This document shows, in pieces, positions 27,501 to 40,679 of a stretch of 64,000 nt of DNA. The stretch is from Epiperipatus broadwayi (taxonomy: Eukaryota > Animalia > Onychophora): assembly GCA_028023455.1 (NCBI GenBank), contig JAQFVV010000006.1, positions 13,578,001 to 13,642,000 on the forward strand, written 5' to 3'. Numbering within the stretch: position 1 is the stretch's first letter; every line of letters starts with the position of its first letter. Position numbers and translations under genes: made by a program. Under the pieces are notes generated by a model that ran no database searches, was not told the origin of the DNA, and was given only the letters and a program-made list of their open reading frames with translations.

Positions 27501-28334
27501 TATAAATGGCCATTTTTATTTTGGTAATTATATTTTAGTTATCAAAAAACTGAAATAAATTTTTTTGTAAAGGATGGTGGTACAGAGAAAATTTCGATAT
27601 TTTTTGGTTGGTATATGGAACCCAAAAAATATTGCTGGTATACAAATATCCTAACTCTTGTATTAATAATTTTTATTAGTCATTCATTAGACTAGATATT
27701 ATTCACTTAATGAATAATGTTTTTGGAGTGTAATTTTTCATTGCACCACTCATTCAAGATAGGGACTGGTTTATATCTGCGTTTATCACCTTGTAGAGGG
27801 GTGTAATCATAAACATATGACCCAAGATGTGTAAAAAAGATATATTATCCTCAACTAGTCCCTACTTTTACGAGAGAGTGATCTAATGAAAAATTACAAT
27901 ATAGAAGTATTATCCTAACTATTGTATCTTTTTCTGATTTATATCTTTCCTCTTAAGTATATCCAGCAAAATAATCCAATTCACCCTGTTACAACTCATT
28001 TAAAAATCTCTAAATATTAACTTCTTTTACTTTTTTGCGCACATTTTTTTCAATAATTGTTTTCATTATTTCAGTTGAACTGTTTGTCTCATTTTATTTT
28101 CTAAATCCAAACTGTTTTTCAGGTAACATCTAATCTATTAGAAATACACCTATTCTAATAATCAGGTAATACCTTAACAGGATATTAAATTAATTGCTCT
28201 AAAATCCTCATATTTTTCTGCATTAGTGTTTTCTGTAATGGAATGATAAATATTGTTTAACTTTCACTGTTACATTTGACAAAGTATGAAACCACCAAAC
28301 ATCAAACGACCAGCTTCTTTATGGTTACACAACA

Positions 28335-28610
28335 GTAGCAAAATTCTCCTTAAAGTGTGCCACCTAGTGGAAGGTATAGTAATTAAGTTGCTAGAAGTTT
28401 GTACATCTTAATCCAAAGAGCCACAGGTCTCAGATCCAAGGCTCCTCACTGATGAAAGCCATAAGGTGAACACTCCAACTTAGGGATATTGGATGAGAAG
28501 GCACTGGATAGGGATTTAATTGCACAACCTTCTGGCATCTATTGATTTTTAGGGTTTGCACTAGGTGGCACTATTTTATAGAAAAATTTGCTGCTATGTC
28601 AAAGTGTGGA
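28335..28610 (+). mobile_element. Family A1 copy with short inverted tail upstream
   Basis: ctcagatccaaggctcctcactgatgaaagccataagg...gggatattggatgag...ctaggtggcactat; inverted gtgccacctag at ~28357. Confidence 0.8.
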
Positions 28611-28919
28611 TGATATCATGAGGGTTAGGTTTGAAGACCAAATCTTTAGTGAGAAATATTGTCAAATCCTATATGAAACTTCCATCCACAAATGTTCACG
28701 CTGAAAATTAAGCTAGTTCAGTTACAACTTATGTTTTTGACCATAAGAATGCATATACTTTTAAATCCATAATGGTTAATGATATATATTGAGACAATGT
28801 AGTCTCTGATGATAATTATAATTCTGTTGATAATGATGATTAATCTAAATAATTTAACCTTGGTTTTATCTATTAACAAATAAACCTCAAGTAAAAGTCA
28901 ACTATCTACAAACCATATA

Positions 28920-29560
28920 TAATAGTACGGAAACCAAGTCATACATCACATGACTTAAATTTTAATAAGCTTTTATTTACACTTGTAAAATAATAAGCAT
29001 GCTCATAACTCTAAACAAGCTTTTTAGATTAATGCCACAAGAGAAAGCATTTAAAATTTCTATCTAGAATTATCCCTATTACCAAACTGGTTTCAACATA
29101 ATGGCTCTCTTCAGTGAGGCGCTAGGACATTCAGACACTAAATTTAATATATTACATTTGTAAATATAAGCTTATTAAATTAAGTCACATGATTATGACT
29201 TGGTTTCCTTACTATTATAGTTAGACTTTTGGCGATGTTATATTGCTAAGGCTATTAATATATGGTGTATCTGAATTTTGTTCAGTCCCATATGACTTTA
29301 AGTTAGATAGCTGGATTTGAAGACATATAGATGTGTGAAAATTTCAGATTTTCTACTTAATAGTTAAGTATTCGATAAATGCTGGGCTTGATTTTGTATT
29401 TCGGATCTAGTGTTCGTGTCCTAGCACCTCACTGATGAGAGTTATTAGCTTGAAACTGGTTTGGGGATAGGGATAATTTTAGATAGAGATTTTAAATGTT
29501 TTCTCTTGTGGCATTTATCAAAAAAGCTTGTTTAGAGTTATTAGTACACTCATTATATTA
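28920..29560. mobile_element. Family A2 nested fold-back pair with HHRs on both strands
   Basis: + HHR 29427-29466 (cctca CTGATGA gagtt att agctt GAAA ctgg TT tgggg); - HHR ~29080-29120; arms 28990-29140 vs 29400-29555 and 28920-28990 vs 29160-29220. Confidence 0.85.
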
Positions 29561-29569
29561 CAAATCATA

Positions 29570-30060
29570 TATATAAAAACAGAAATAGCCTTTCCATAAA
29601 TCACTTCAAAAGTCATCCACCTTTAATATCAAAAGAAATTTTCATGGGATTAATGGCCTTAGATTTAAGATTTATCTTCAATCAGTTTCTTTGATTAATT
29701 TTTTTCTTTTAAGAATCTTTGTATCGTCAAATAATATTTTATGACTTGTATTCAATTGATTAATTTTTTTCTTTTAAGAATCTTTGTATCGTCAAATAAT
29801 ATTTTATGACTTGTATTCAATTAATGAATATACAAAGCTGAGTTATGATACCTACATTTAAATCTACTTGTATGAACTCTTTCATAAAGACAATTTACTT
29901 TAACCTATATAAACTTTATGACATTTCGAACGAATCTTATAAACTACACCAGGACCATCAACTGATTGCTTTGAAATCGAGGCCTTTCTTCCAGCAACTT
30001 TCGTATCACCCAATAAATAATGGCTATTCTTATAAACAAATCTACAAATTGGTTACTTAA
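29570..30060 (-). mobile_element. Penelope-like GIY-YIG relic with internal ~65-bp tandem duplication (29691-29820)
   Basis: Fragments HNSALYIH*LNTSHKILFDDTKILKRK...KAINP fit the PLE endonuclease C-terminus; related copy at ~31670-31880. Confidence 0.65.
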
Positions 30061-31889
30061 ATAGTAGTAAAGAAATAAACTATTTATTCTTGTAACATTA
30101 TAATTGTTATTAATATCAGGCGTATAGATATTTTTTAAACATGTCTAATAAAATAATGATTTTAAACCAATGCAATATAATCAGAAGCAAATTGGTTTGT
30201 TGAATATAAGCATTACTTTCAAAATTTCAATAAATATAGGGGATTTGAACTCAGACTTTCAAGCAACTTTCAACTATTCACACTATTATTCGATGACGCA
30301 TACCAGTTATCCTTGTCCACATTTAATAGAATAACATCATTGGCTTTCAATCTTTTTTAAGATCTATTTGCTTTAGGGCAAAAACAAATTTTTACCTCTC
30401 AAATAATTGCCTATTCAAAATTACTTGTAGAGAAATTTTATCATGATCTGGAAGGGTCTTTACTTAAAATTGCTAAATCAAAGTTATATCAAAATTAGAC
30501 AAATTTAAAATATGAAGTGTGTTATATTCGGTATATTTGTGTTTCTTTCATTAATAATATTATTTTCCTAAATTTCATTTTAAGAAAGAATTTAAAATAA
30601 TTATAATTACTTCTAAAATGTAAAGGTTTTTTAAAAAACTTTAAATCTATAAATGAGATTAGATAAATTAAACTTAATTTTATTTATAAATTTGTTCAAA
30701 ATAAATTGTTTAAACTTTAAAACAAAATCAGATGCAGAAAAGAAATATAACCCAACATTAGATGAAATTGGAAAAATATAAAGTCTATATAACACTTAAG
30801 AAAATTGATTTGAGCCTTTAAAGATTCTATTTTATTAGACATTAATTAATTTCTTTATATTTACAATTTCTGCAAAAGTAACATTATTAAACATCTGCCA
30901 TCTTATGTTTGTCCGCAATATCACGTGAAGTTCACAATCAATTAAAAAAAACTATTATGTTTGTCCGTAATGCTGTCAAATTTACAAATGAAAAATAATT
31001 TTAAAAAAAACTTTAAATTTGTTTTTTATAAATAAATAACTAAACTAAACCTCTATTTTTATTACGAAGCCTATTTTATGAGAAGGAAGTAATTATGCCA
31101 TTAATAAACACAATTTTTTTATGAAGTAGTTGTCCATAACGCTGTCAAATTCACATATCAAATGTAACATATTTAAACATTTTAATTTAGCTTTATTAAT
31201 ACTTGCTGGGTACATTTCTGAATTGTATCAGACAGGTCGGGTTGTTCCAAATATTTTTTTTTTTTTTCAATTGTGAATTTTTCACATTTATTTATATAAC
31301 ATTAGAATCTTTCATTTAATTTACATTAAATCTTAAAAAAAATTGTTAAAGCATCCATTTAAAAAAAAACAATGGCCTTTAAAAGGCCGGTACATCTGGT
31401 ATACTAATATTAAAACAAAAAATAATATATAATCCAATGCCAAACAAATCACAAAACATAAAACTATTTAAAATATTAAATGGCTAACATTCAAAATAGA
31501 AAATTCAATACTGTCTTATGTTGTACTAGTAGTAATAAATAAAATAGAAAATCATACAACATTAAAATATTAGCTTAAAAAAACAAATTTATACCAAAAT
31601 TCTCTCACGGCTCTGGTTTCATCTATTATCAAATAGACCTCAAGAGAAAATTTTAATCTACAAAACACACATATATAAACAAATAGTCTTTCCATAAATC
31701 TCTTCAAAAATCATCCATCTTTAATATCAAAGGAAGTTTTCATGTGATTGATATTTAAGAAGATTTATCATCAGTCTTTTTGGCTTCTTATTAGTTCATT
31801 TTTTCATAAAAGATAATCTTTGTAAAGCTGAATTCTGTTACCTATTTTTAAGTCTACTCTTACTAACTTTAACTCTTTCATAGAGACTT

Positions 31890-32075
31890 AATGGTGCTGA
31901 TTTAGAATGCATTTCACTGCCATTTTGAATTCTAAGGACTACCCAAAACCACCACTGATATATCCAAGCAATAAAGGACATCGTATAATCCTCACGGGGG
32001 TCACTTGGATCTGTCAATGGTGGGTTTTGGACAGTCCTTAGAATTCAAAGTGGCGGTGAGCACAGTCTAAATACT
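31890..32075. repeat. Hairpin repeat family C (also ~40355-40450 and ~41020-41190)
   Basis: gccattttgaattctaaggact.cccaaaaccacc...ggtgggttttggacagtccttagaattcaaagtggc inverted arms. Confidence 0.8.
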
Positions 32076-32639
32076 AAACATTTATAACTTCTAAAATATG
32101 AATGTTATTACAATAATGATGGCAAAAAGTGCAGAAGGATGCATGAAAGGGAAAGGATGTTAGGATAATATAAAGTATTGTCCTCATAAGCATATGTTGG
32201 AATAACATAAAATTGATCATACCAAACTTATAATTTCGAAAAAGTAAAAGCTTTTACGTTCTAAAATATAAATTATATTACAATATATGCCCAGATTATA
32301 ATTTCTAAAATAAATAAATGTTGAATAAATGTGGCTTATAATTTTGAAATACCAAAAGCTTTTAAAATACGAATTTTATTAAAATATAGGCCTACAACCA
32401 CATGTTGAAATAACGTAAGTGCTGAATAAACATTGAAACAACTGTCGAAGCATATTCTACAATTAATAATAAATCGCACTTTAGTTTAACATTAATTGAA
32501 AGAATAATTGTCTAAAGTAAAGAATATTAATTTTACAATTAATAAAAAATTAGTAAATCAAGTTTTTCTTACCAAAGTGAGTAATGTTGTGTGCTTAATT
32601 TCTCACATGTCGTTATTAGCTGGTGGATGGATAAAAAGA

Positions 32640-32900
32640 ATCTACATGAGAGAGATTTATTATGTCCTCAGCCTGGATGCCATGCCATTTACCAACAATA
32701 GAGCCACCCAGCATAAGTACACATATAAAAGAGCACAGAAGAACAATAATTCTTCAATTTTCTTAGAGCACTCAAAAAAGGTCGGTCACATGTTTGAACC
32801 CTCCAACCCTAGAATAGTTTGCATTGAGAAAATGACTGTATACGAAAAATCAAGGAAGCATATTTTATCACTAGCAACAATAACTCCATTAACAGACGAA
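32640..32900 (+). mobile_element. Penelope-like GIY-YIG relic
   Basis: ORF 32508-33059 contains SSIFLEHSKKVGHMFEPSNPRIVCIE, homologous to the 17.2-kb relic. Confidence 0.7.
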
Positions 32901-33634
32901 ACACTTGCTTTTATATTTCTAAGCGTTGGACACATTAAACAATGTACATATAATTTGCATATTACCATCTACACACTACTCTGCATTATTTATTGCTGTG
33001 CTATGAATATGAGGCAATATGCTTCAAAAGTGCTCAGCTTCTATTTATGTATTTATTGATTTATAAGAGTACTTTATATAGCTTCTCCTGCCAGCGCCTC
33101 AACATGCTTGTAATTTTGATATATACATAGATTACACCGAATGCTTTGGACTACATTTGTGCTTTCAGCATTTAATTTGCAGGGCACTTTAAAATGTTTT
33201 CACTCTCCAGTAAATATTAAAGGTTATTGCTAAATGTATAGATAGGTAGATAGATGAATAAATGGATCACTGAAGGAGGGAAGCAAGCAGGCAGTTTAGA
33301 TAGATTTGATCATAATAGATATAAAAAAAATATCAGGAGTTGATAAATAATTTAGTTGGAAATTTGAATCCCTAGATGGTTGTTATTTTTTATATTTTTT
33401 TGTATTTCTAAGCACCATTTCTTCACTTATAGCATTCCTTTTTTAATTGTTTAATGGCGTTTCATAATTATATAGTAAATATGGTTTATTTATCTGTCTA
33501 TTATTACATATAGTTATATAATATTTAAATATATGTATATTGCCTATACTAAACTTAATATAATTATAAGAGACTTGAACTTTCAAGCTCCTACATGCAC
33601 ATGACCACATACATGTGAAAAAGATAAATGATTT

Positions 33635-33676
33635 CCAATGTACATATTTCGTGCTGAACCAGCACTCATCAGTTGG
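33635..33676 (-). ncRNA. Minimal HHR, probably inactive (U16.1 replaced by C)
   Basis: ccaa CTGATGA gtgctg gtt cagcac GAAA tatgta CA ttgg. Confidence 0.55.
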
Positions 33677-33703
33677 TCCAGGTCATCATCTTTCACACAT
33701 GGA

Positions 33704-33745
33704 CCAACTGATGAGTGCTGGTTCAGCACGAAATATGTATATTGG
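33704..33745 (+). ncRNA. Minimal type I hammerhead ribozyme, core intact
   Basis: ccaa CTGATGA gtgctg gtt cagcac GAAA tatgta TA ttgg: perfect 6-bp stem II with G10.1-C11.1, near-palindromic stem III, UA cleavage site, 4-bp stem I. Confidence 0.8.
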
Positions 33746-33879
33746 AGATCATTTTATCTTTTTCACATAAATGTGGTCACATGTGTCAGCTGTATAAGAT
33801 TGGATTAATGTCGGGAGCTTGAAAGTTCGAGTTCAAGTCCCTTATAATTACATGTTATATGGTTATTTAATTTTTTCCA

Positions 33880-33974
33880 AACGCCCATATATCTTTCTTT
33901 TTTTTTACAATTAATTATTTTTCTTTTTAACTAATTCAAAGGAATATTCTTAATTGATCTGGATTTATTTCTTC
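33880..33974 (+). other. PAXX: Probable PAXX 5' UTR exon (start uncertain)
   Basis: Donor TTC|GTAAGT at 33975 and acceptor ttttcag at 34153 just upstream of ATG 34172. Confidence 0.55.
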
Positions 33975-34171
33975 GTAAGTATTGTAATTTCTCCGTTATA
34001 TAAACATTATGTATTATAATATTTACAGCAGCAAAATTCAGATTAGTTATTTGATTTAATTAAAATCAAAAAATTATTTAAAATTTAAAAAAAAAAAGGT
34101 GAATTGTTGATATTTGGAAAAGTTTACTAATTGAAAAACTTATTATTTTTCAGCTTACGTAATGCATAGTA

Positions 34172-34404
34172 ATGTCCTCTTTTAAAGAAGTTATTTTACG
34201 ACAGGAAGCAGATCGCTTATTATGCAGCGTGCATCAGGAAGAATGTCAGTGTCTATGTTATACCCATTTCGAAGAGACTTACTTAAGTATTTGTTTAACA
34301 GATGGTGATAATGTTTGGCGATCTCGATTAGATCAGAGCAGCGTAACTTCACAGATGAAATTAAGAAAAATTAAAGACGAAGAAGCCTTCTTCATAAACT
34401 TGAA
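34172..34404 (+). CDS. PAXX: PAXX (XRCC4-family NHEJ factor) coding exon 1, head domain
   Basis: LCYTHFEETYLSICLTDGDNVWRSRL resembles PAXX FVCYCE...NLYVTDAAELWSTCF; donor AA|GTTAGT, phase 2, joins 43689 in frame. Confidence 0.85.
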
Positions 34405-35239
34405 GTTAGTTTTTATTATATTTTTATAATAATACAATACTATTAATTTATAAGTCACTTTAAAATTATAATACATATGCAAAAGTAGCTTATTAATTCT
34501 AAATAATTTTCTTTGATCTAACAACAAGAAATATTTGATTATTGGCTACAGCAAGCTGTTCCTTTTCATCTAATATTATTATTACAAAATCTGCCTACTT
34601 ACAAATTACCACTTGATGTGGTTTAACTGTAGATAGATGAATTCATGAATTAAAGGTTTTCTGAATTGATTTCTCGCTGAACAAAGTAAACAAAACTCAG
34701 TTTGATTAGCAAAATGGACTTGTTGTGCAATTAGATACACATCACGTAATGTAGCAGTTGACAAGGTTATTTTTTTTTTTTTTATAATTTTCTACTTTAA
34801 GTGTTAACAAATTCCTTTAGTCTCATTACTTTTATCCCATCTAGTGTAAGTTTTAGTAATCATTGGATGCTAGATGGTAGTTATTAATAAATTGTTATCC
34901 TATGCAAATATCACAGTACAGTAGTGAATAAGGATTTATTAAATATTACCATCTGAGATCTTTTGGTTACTAAAGATTATACTAGCTGGCATAAAAGTAA
35001 GAATATGCTATTGAATAACGTGTAAGGAAAAATCATATGATGACTCGTTGCCGTGGTGACTGCTTTAAGCGTTATGAGGAAAATAAACTTAATTGGTTTC
35101 TGAGCTAAAGATACAAGTTCTCTTTCCTTTTTTAAATTTGAATACTTATTCTATACTCTGTGTTCAGGTGCTTTTTTCTAAGCTCTTCATTTAAATATAA
35201 TTGGAAATTATTTCACAATACTCTCACATTTTGAACATT

Positions 35240-35540
35240 CCATCGTCAGATTTTCAATGAAATGGATGACTGAAGAGTTGTGGGTTGGAGTAGTTTGAAG
35301 CCTGTCCATTGAAGTATGAAGATTGGCTATCTTAATATAAAGCTGAGCACTGATTGTATATATGTGTAGAGATGGTAATCTGGACCAACTGATGATTGCT
35401 GATTTAGCATGAAATACATATATTGGTGATTTTTTACCTTTTCAACATGTGTATGATCAGGTGGGTCAGCAATACGAGATGGCATGGAGAGTTGAGGGTC
35501 ATATGAAAGTCTGAGTTCGAATCCCTTATATATCACATTT
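35240..35540 (+). mobile_element. Family B copy in PAXX intron (HHR 35385-35426; B box GTTCGAATCCC 35515-35525)
   Basis: Direct similarity to other B copies; stem II closing pair mutated (T/T). Confidence 0.85.
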
Positions 35541-38010
35541 TAAACAGACAAGTAAAGACATTGGGAAAAAGACATCATGTTCGGCTAAACCAACATTTTT
35601 CATTTGATTTAGGTCTCAACAGTTCTTTCAACTGCTTATATGATTGTTCAGTATTTATCATATATTGACGTAATTCTTTCTGCTTGCACTCAATGATTTT
35701 CTGACTTTAAATAACTACATTAACTATACCACGTATTCAACATTGATTATTGTTTTTAAATATATTACCCAGATCTCTGACATATACTAAATACTTCTGT
35801 CTGTATATAAATGATTATTATTAATTACTTAGTATTATATTACTTTTAGCCCACGTACAGAACCCAAATTATATTAAAAATTGAATATATGACTTTTTCT
35901 AATTATATATATATTGGATATTATTCATTTAATTCCCTACCATTTTCTCTTCTCATGGACATGGTCTTAATTATATTTGAAAACTATTACTCAACCCTCA
36001 CACACTTAAAACAAATAAGTAATTAACACACATTGGAAAAAAAGACAAATGATCATTAAGCAGTGTTTTAACTGAATAGAAACTGTTCCGTTGATTGTAA
36101 TCCTGACAGCCTTTTCAAATATCTTTATCATCCTCTGGTATTTATCTGTTACGCATTACCACAGTCAATTCATTTGACAAGCATTGCATTGATAATTATT
36201 AATGAGCATTGTCCTTGTTTAGCGCATTGGTTGAATGGCGAATTCAAAAGCTAAAGCGCATTGGTTGAATGGCGAATTCAAAAGCTAAAGATCAACCGAT
36301 TGTAGTTCAATCTATCACTTACGTTTTTTAACAATTATTTATTTGGCTAGAAATTATTATATTAATCTTAGCCCATGTATAAATCTTTTCTTTTAACCTC
36401 TGAAAGTACCATCTACATTTGTTGATGAATTGTCGGGAAATCTTAAATAAATCGCAACCGTTCTGACAGAAAACCAAATGGATTTCCATAATGGCTGTGA
36501 AAATCATCATATATATATAATGATTTATGACAATTATATCAAATTTGTGGTGTGTGTGTCAGCCTGATATTAAATTAATTTTTAAAGATGATATATTTTT
36601 TCATGTATTGTATTGACATTTTTAATCTGATTTCTAGCAAAGAGCTTAACCGATATATTTATTTTTTCCTTTGCTTATTTATTTTTTTGTAAAAAAGCAT
36701 TTAATAAAGAAGAAAAACTTTTTTATGTAGTTCATTAGATACATGACATTCCATTATAAAATAATAATAGACTTCCATTCTCTAGCATTAGAATATTTTG
36801 ACCATATAATTAATCTCGATTATTATTAGTATTATCCTTGCCATCTCGTTAATGTAAATTAAAATAACAAAGCATTAAGAGGCATATTACTTAAGTTGCA
36901 TATATATATATCATTTTCACACACATTCTATACTTTTTTTTTACATTTTAAAGTGAAAAGAAGATGATATGTATTATGTATATGTAATGCAAAGAAAATT
37001 GGAGTAGTTATATGATATCCGAAAATCATGATTTAACACCAACAGGAAAAATAAAAAAAAGCTGGCACTACTCAGGTATATGATTGGGTGAAGAAATCGG
37101 TGGTGTAGCATCTAGAAAGAAATTATAAAATCTTGTAAGAAGTCTGGAATTTCGAATGCTGTTGCTGGGAGCGCTTCATGAAGAACCGGATGTGGACGAT
37201 AATGCAATATGAATAAAAGTGAGGAATTTTTTAATTTCTGCGATTAAAATGATTAATAAAACAACTTTCTTTATAATTTTCTCTTGACAGATGCTATTCT
37301 TTAGAGATTTTTATAGTTTTTTTTTTTTTAAATCTGAAATTTTTATTGAAAAAATTGGGTGCACATATGTGCATGCACAGTATATGTGTGAAAATACAAT
37401 AAATTTTAGAAAATATGGAGACTATTCATAATTAAGAGAATGCACGCTCACTTTTCTCTCTAGTGACAAATTAAAAGTTCAGTACATTTTAAAATACAAT
37501 TACTAATTATAGTAACATTGCTTTATATAATATTGGCTGAGTGTCAAATTTTAGACCTCGTTATCTATTGATATTGGCCCAGCTTTATCTCTTTTGATGC
37601 ATGCCCTTTATGTAGACTTCCAATCAATAAACCATTCAGTTATTATTTTTTAACTGTTGTAGCAGAAAATAAAGTTGTAGTTTTCATTTGGCATGTTTTA
37701 GTTTAACCAGTCTTTTCAGGTAGTCTAGATTAATTAAAACACTTGTTCATTATGCTAATATAACTGTAGTAGGTTTATTTATGATTAGTAATCATTAGTT
37801 CATTTATGATTGCAAGGTATCCAATTTTGAAAGAGTAAAAGTTATTGCAATTTTACAACCTCAATTTATACCGTATCTAAATATATTATGAAATATTAAA
37901 GACTTTATGTAAGGTCGATGGGCTAATTTCAATGACACCACGTTAATAATATTTTATTATAATTGCTACATTTTCATATATATATATAATCTTATAATTA
38001 AATATTAATA

Positions 38011-38696
38011 AATACAGTAATCAAAAATTTTTGAAAAGTTCAAAAAATATAAATCGTTACTTAGGAACGCTTTCGACTATCCTCGTAGTCTTTGTCAATT
38101 AATACTTTGAAAGGTTAACCTTCCCATAATTCCGCGAACTTAACGTTTGCTGCCTGCCTATTGATTAAGTCCTGCTTGTATTTATATATTAGCATAGCTT
38201 CCTTTATTTTCCTTTTATTGTTATTTTTTGCGATTTGCAATATTTTTTACATTATAATTGAAATTAAAACCATATATACGTGATTTATTATAGGGAAATC
38301 AAGATGTACATTGGTCAAAAGAACTACAGAGCACTTGCTATTATTAAAAAGGGTTTAAAATATGAAATAAAATTGCAAAGGTAATAATAACATATCAGCT
38401 TCCGTTTTTTACGACCGTAATAAATCATGTATATATGGTTTTAATTTCAATTATAATAATGTAAAAGTATTGCAAATAGAAAGGAATAACAATAAAAGGA
38501 AAATTAAGGAAGCTATGCTAATATATAAATACAAGCAGGCCTTAATCAATAGGCAGGCAGCAAACGTTAAGATCACAGAATTATAGGAAGGTTAACCTTT
38601 CAAAGTATAGTTAACAAAGATTACGAGGATAGTTGAAAGCGCTCCTAAGTGACTATTGTATTTTTTATATTTTTCAAAAATTTTTGATTACTGTAT
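38011..38696 (+). mobile_element. 5'-truncated Penelope-like insertion with inverted pseudo-LTR (arms ~38011-38291 and ~38418-38696)
   Basis: Centre/right arm translates GKSRCTLVKRTTEH...FNYNNVKVLQIERNNNKRKIKEAMLIYKYKQALINRQ*; followed by degenerate HHR ttaacaa agatta cgagga tagtt GAAA gcgc TC at ~38611-38645. Confidence 0.85.
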
Positions 38697-38899
38697 ATTG
38701 CTTTGAAGAAATACAGATATCGATTTATAATATTATTATTATATATATATATATTACTATTGATTCTGTGTTTATTAAAAATACTGGAAAATATTAAAAT
38801 AAAAGCAATTATTGAGAATTATTGATAAAAATAATGAACAAGATGCGACAGTTTAATTCCCGGAATGCACTTTTATAAAATATACATGTGAAAGTGTAC

Positions 38900-39125
38900 G
38901 CTACTGGCTACTCTCACCTTCAAAGTATTCTCCTTGTGCAGTTATACACTGATTAAAATGACATTCCCATTTCTGGAAGCACACTTGGAACTCATTCAGG
39001 AATACTATTGTGTAGCTGTCTCACATTCCTTTGGATATCAATTATAGTAGAAAATCTTAGTCTTTTAAGCACAGTTTTTAATTTTGGAAATAACCAAAAA
39101 TCACAGTAGCTAAGTCAGCTGACCT
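38900..39125 (-). mobile_element. mariner transposase C-terminal relic
   Basis: Frameshifted SADLA.CDFWLFPKLKTVLK...FQVCFQKWECHFNQCITAQGEYFEGE matches the mariner YSPDLAP.DF.LF and CI...GEYFE motifs. Confidence 0.85.
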
Positions 39126-39916
39126 AAGTTGTGTAATTTATTTTTTGGAATAAGTAAGAATCTGAGACATAAGATTCTAAATCTACATTATTGCTATACA
39201 GAACTAATCGTTGAACTACAATTGGTTTTCAATAATTAGGCCTCTTTTTTCGTTGAAATTTCAGATTTCATTGTGCCTTTAAAGTAAAGTTAACAATAAA
39301 TCCATTTTTCTATTAACGCTTAAAATCACATTTTGTAACTAGGCAAGAGTAAACCTTGGAATATTATTAGTTCCTTTGATTCATATCTTTTCCCCCATAT
39401 ATGCTATCGTGGGATACCTTCACCCAAAATGCGATTACATCATTCACAGTGGAGTGAATTTCAGTTTGTCTTCAAGAAGAGATGAATACATTTTACTGAT
39501 GATACATCTATGTTCTGGATAATGTTTTAAAACAAGCAGATATATATCCCAGAACAAAAAATAGCATTTTCTCTGGTTAAGAATACATTTTGCTCTGATT
39601 CATATATCACCCTATTTTGCTATCAAAGCTCAAAAAGTAGTATTTTCACACATTTGTGCAGTTATAAAAGTTTTGGTTTGTCTTGAAGCAGAGCTGAATA
39701 TGATTTAAGGATGTAATTTAACACCCTTTTTTTTTCTTCAAATCTTGTTTTATTTTATGAATCGTTTTTCATTTCAATTTTTCTCTGTTTCAATCATATT
39801 ATATATTGTCGAGGATTCCCTCCTATAAAATATATATTTATACCTTGCTTCTTGCTCACTTTCATCCTTTTACATTTTTTTTTTAAATTTACCTTTTTTT
39901 TTTATTAAAAAATCTT

Positions 39917-40204
39917 TCAATTATTATAATTAATCTTCCTAAGATTATTTCTATTCAAAACTGGTTTTCTCATTCTTATATATAAACTTTCTTGAATTAA
40001 TCTTTCTTTGTAAGATTTAATATTGTCTAACATCTTTATTTCAAAATTTAAATGCTTAGATTTGTTCATATGTGAGTATATATTAGAAGTTTTATTTTTT
40101 AAATGCAATTTTAATCTAATTTTTAGTTTATTCTTCGTTGTTCTTACATATGAAATGTTTTTATTCCCTCTCTTACAATGCAAGCAATTTATCGTAAATG
40201 CCAT
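39917..40204 (-). mobile_element. Penelope-like GIY-YIG endonuclease relic
   Basis: CLHC...YVRTTKNKLKIRLKLH...SNIYSHM...H...MLD...RLIQESLYIRMRKPVLNRN follows the PLE endonuclease pattern. Confidence 0.85.
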
Positions 40205-40679
40205 TCATATTTTTCAATCTTCCCTTTTTTTAAAATCAATCAATTTATCTTCACTTTATATTATATTGATTTAATTACAAATTTATTATTATACCTCCTG
40301 CTTATATCCTTTATTATTTATCTTTTTGATAAAAGTAAATTTCAGTACCAATTTAGAGTGCGCTCACGACCATTTTAAATTCTAAGGACTGCCCAAAACC
40401 ATCGCTGACACATCCAAGCAGTAAATGACATTGAATAATTCACACGTGATCACATTATGACTATTCATTACAAAATCACAATTTACATCAATAATTAAAA
40501 AATTAAAGTGCAAATTTCGTAAGGACTTCATGTAGTCAACAATAGATCCGATAACCACGCCAGAAGATCAAATGTGAATCCCATTTTTTCTTATCTCCTT
40601 TTTTTTCTCTAAGTACATCTAACAAAGGAAGCATGCAACATCACAGTTCCTTTCTGGTAAGAAAAAATTCGATTAATTA

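Larger units (their letters stand above)
33560..33860. mobile_element. Family B fold-back pair immediately upstream of PAXX
   Basis: Arms ~33560-33680 (-) and ~33700-33850 (+), each with an HHR core. Confidence 0.9.

Noticed and set aside
36990-37220. GC-richer block as a middle PAXX exon
   Set aside because: Exons 34172-34404 and 43689-44058 already join in frame to a full-length protein; the block has stops in the + frames examined.
38937-39050. Phase-compatible cryptic acceptor (ttgtgcag) as an alternative PAXX exon
   Set aside because: It is the antisense of the mariner relic and ends in a stop.
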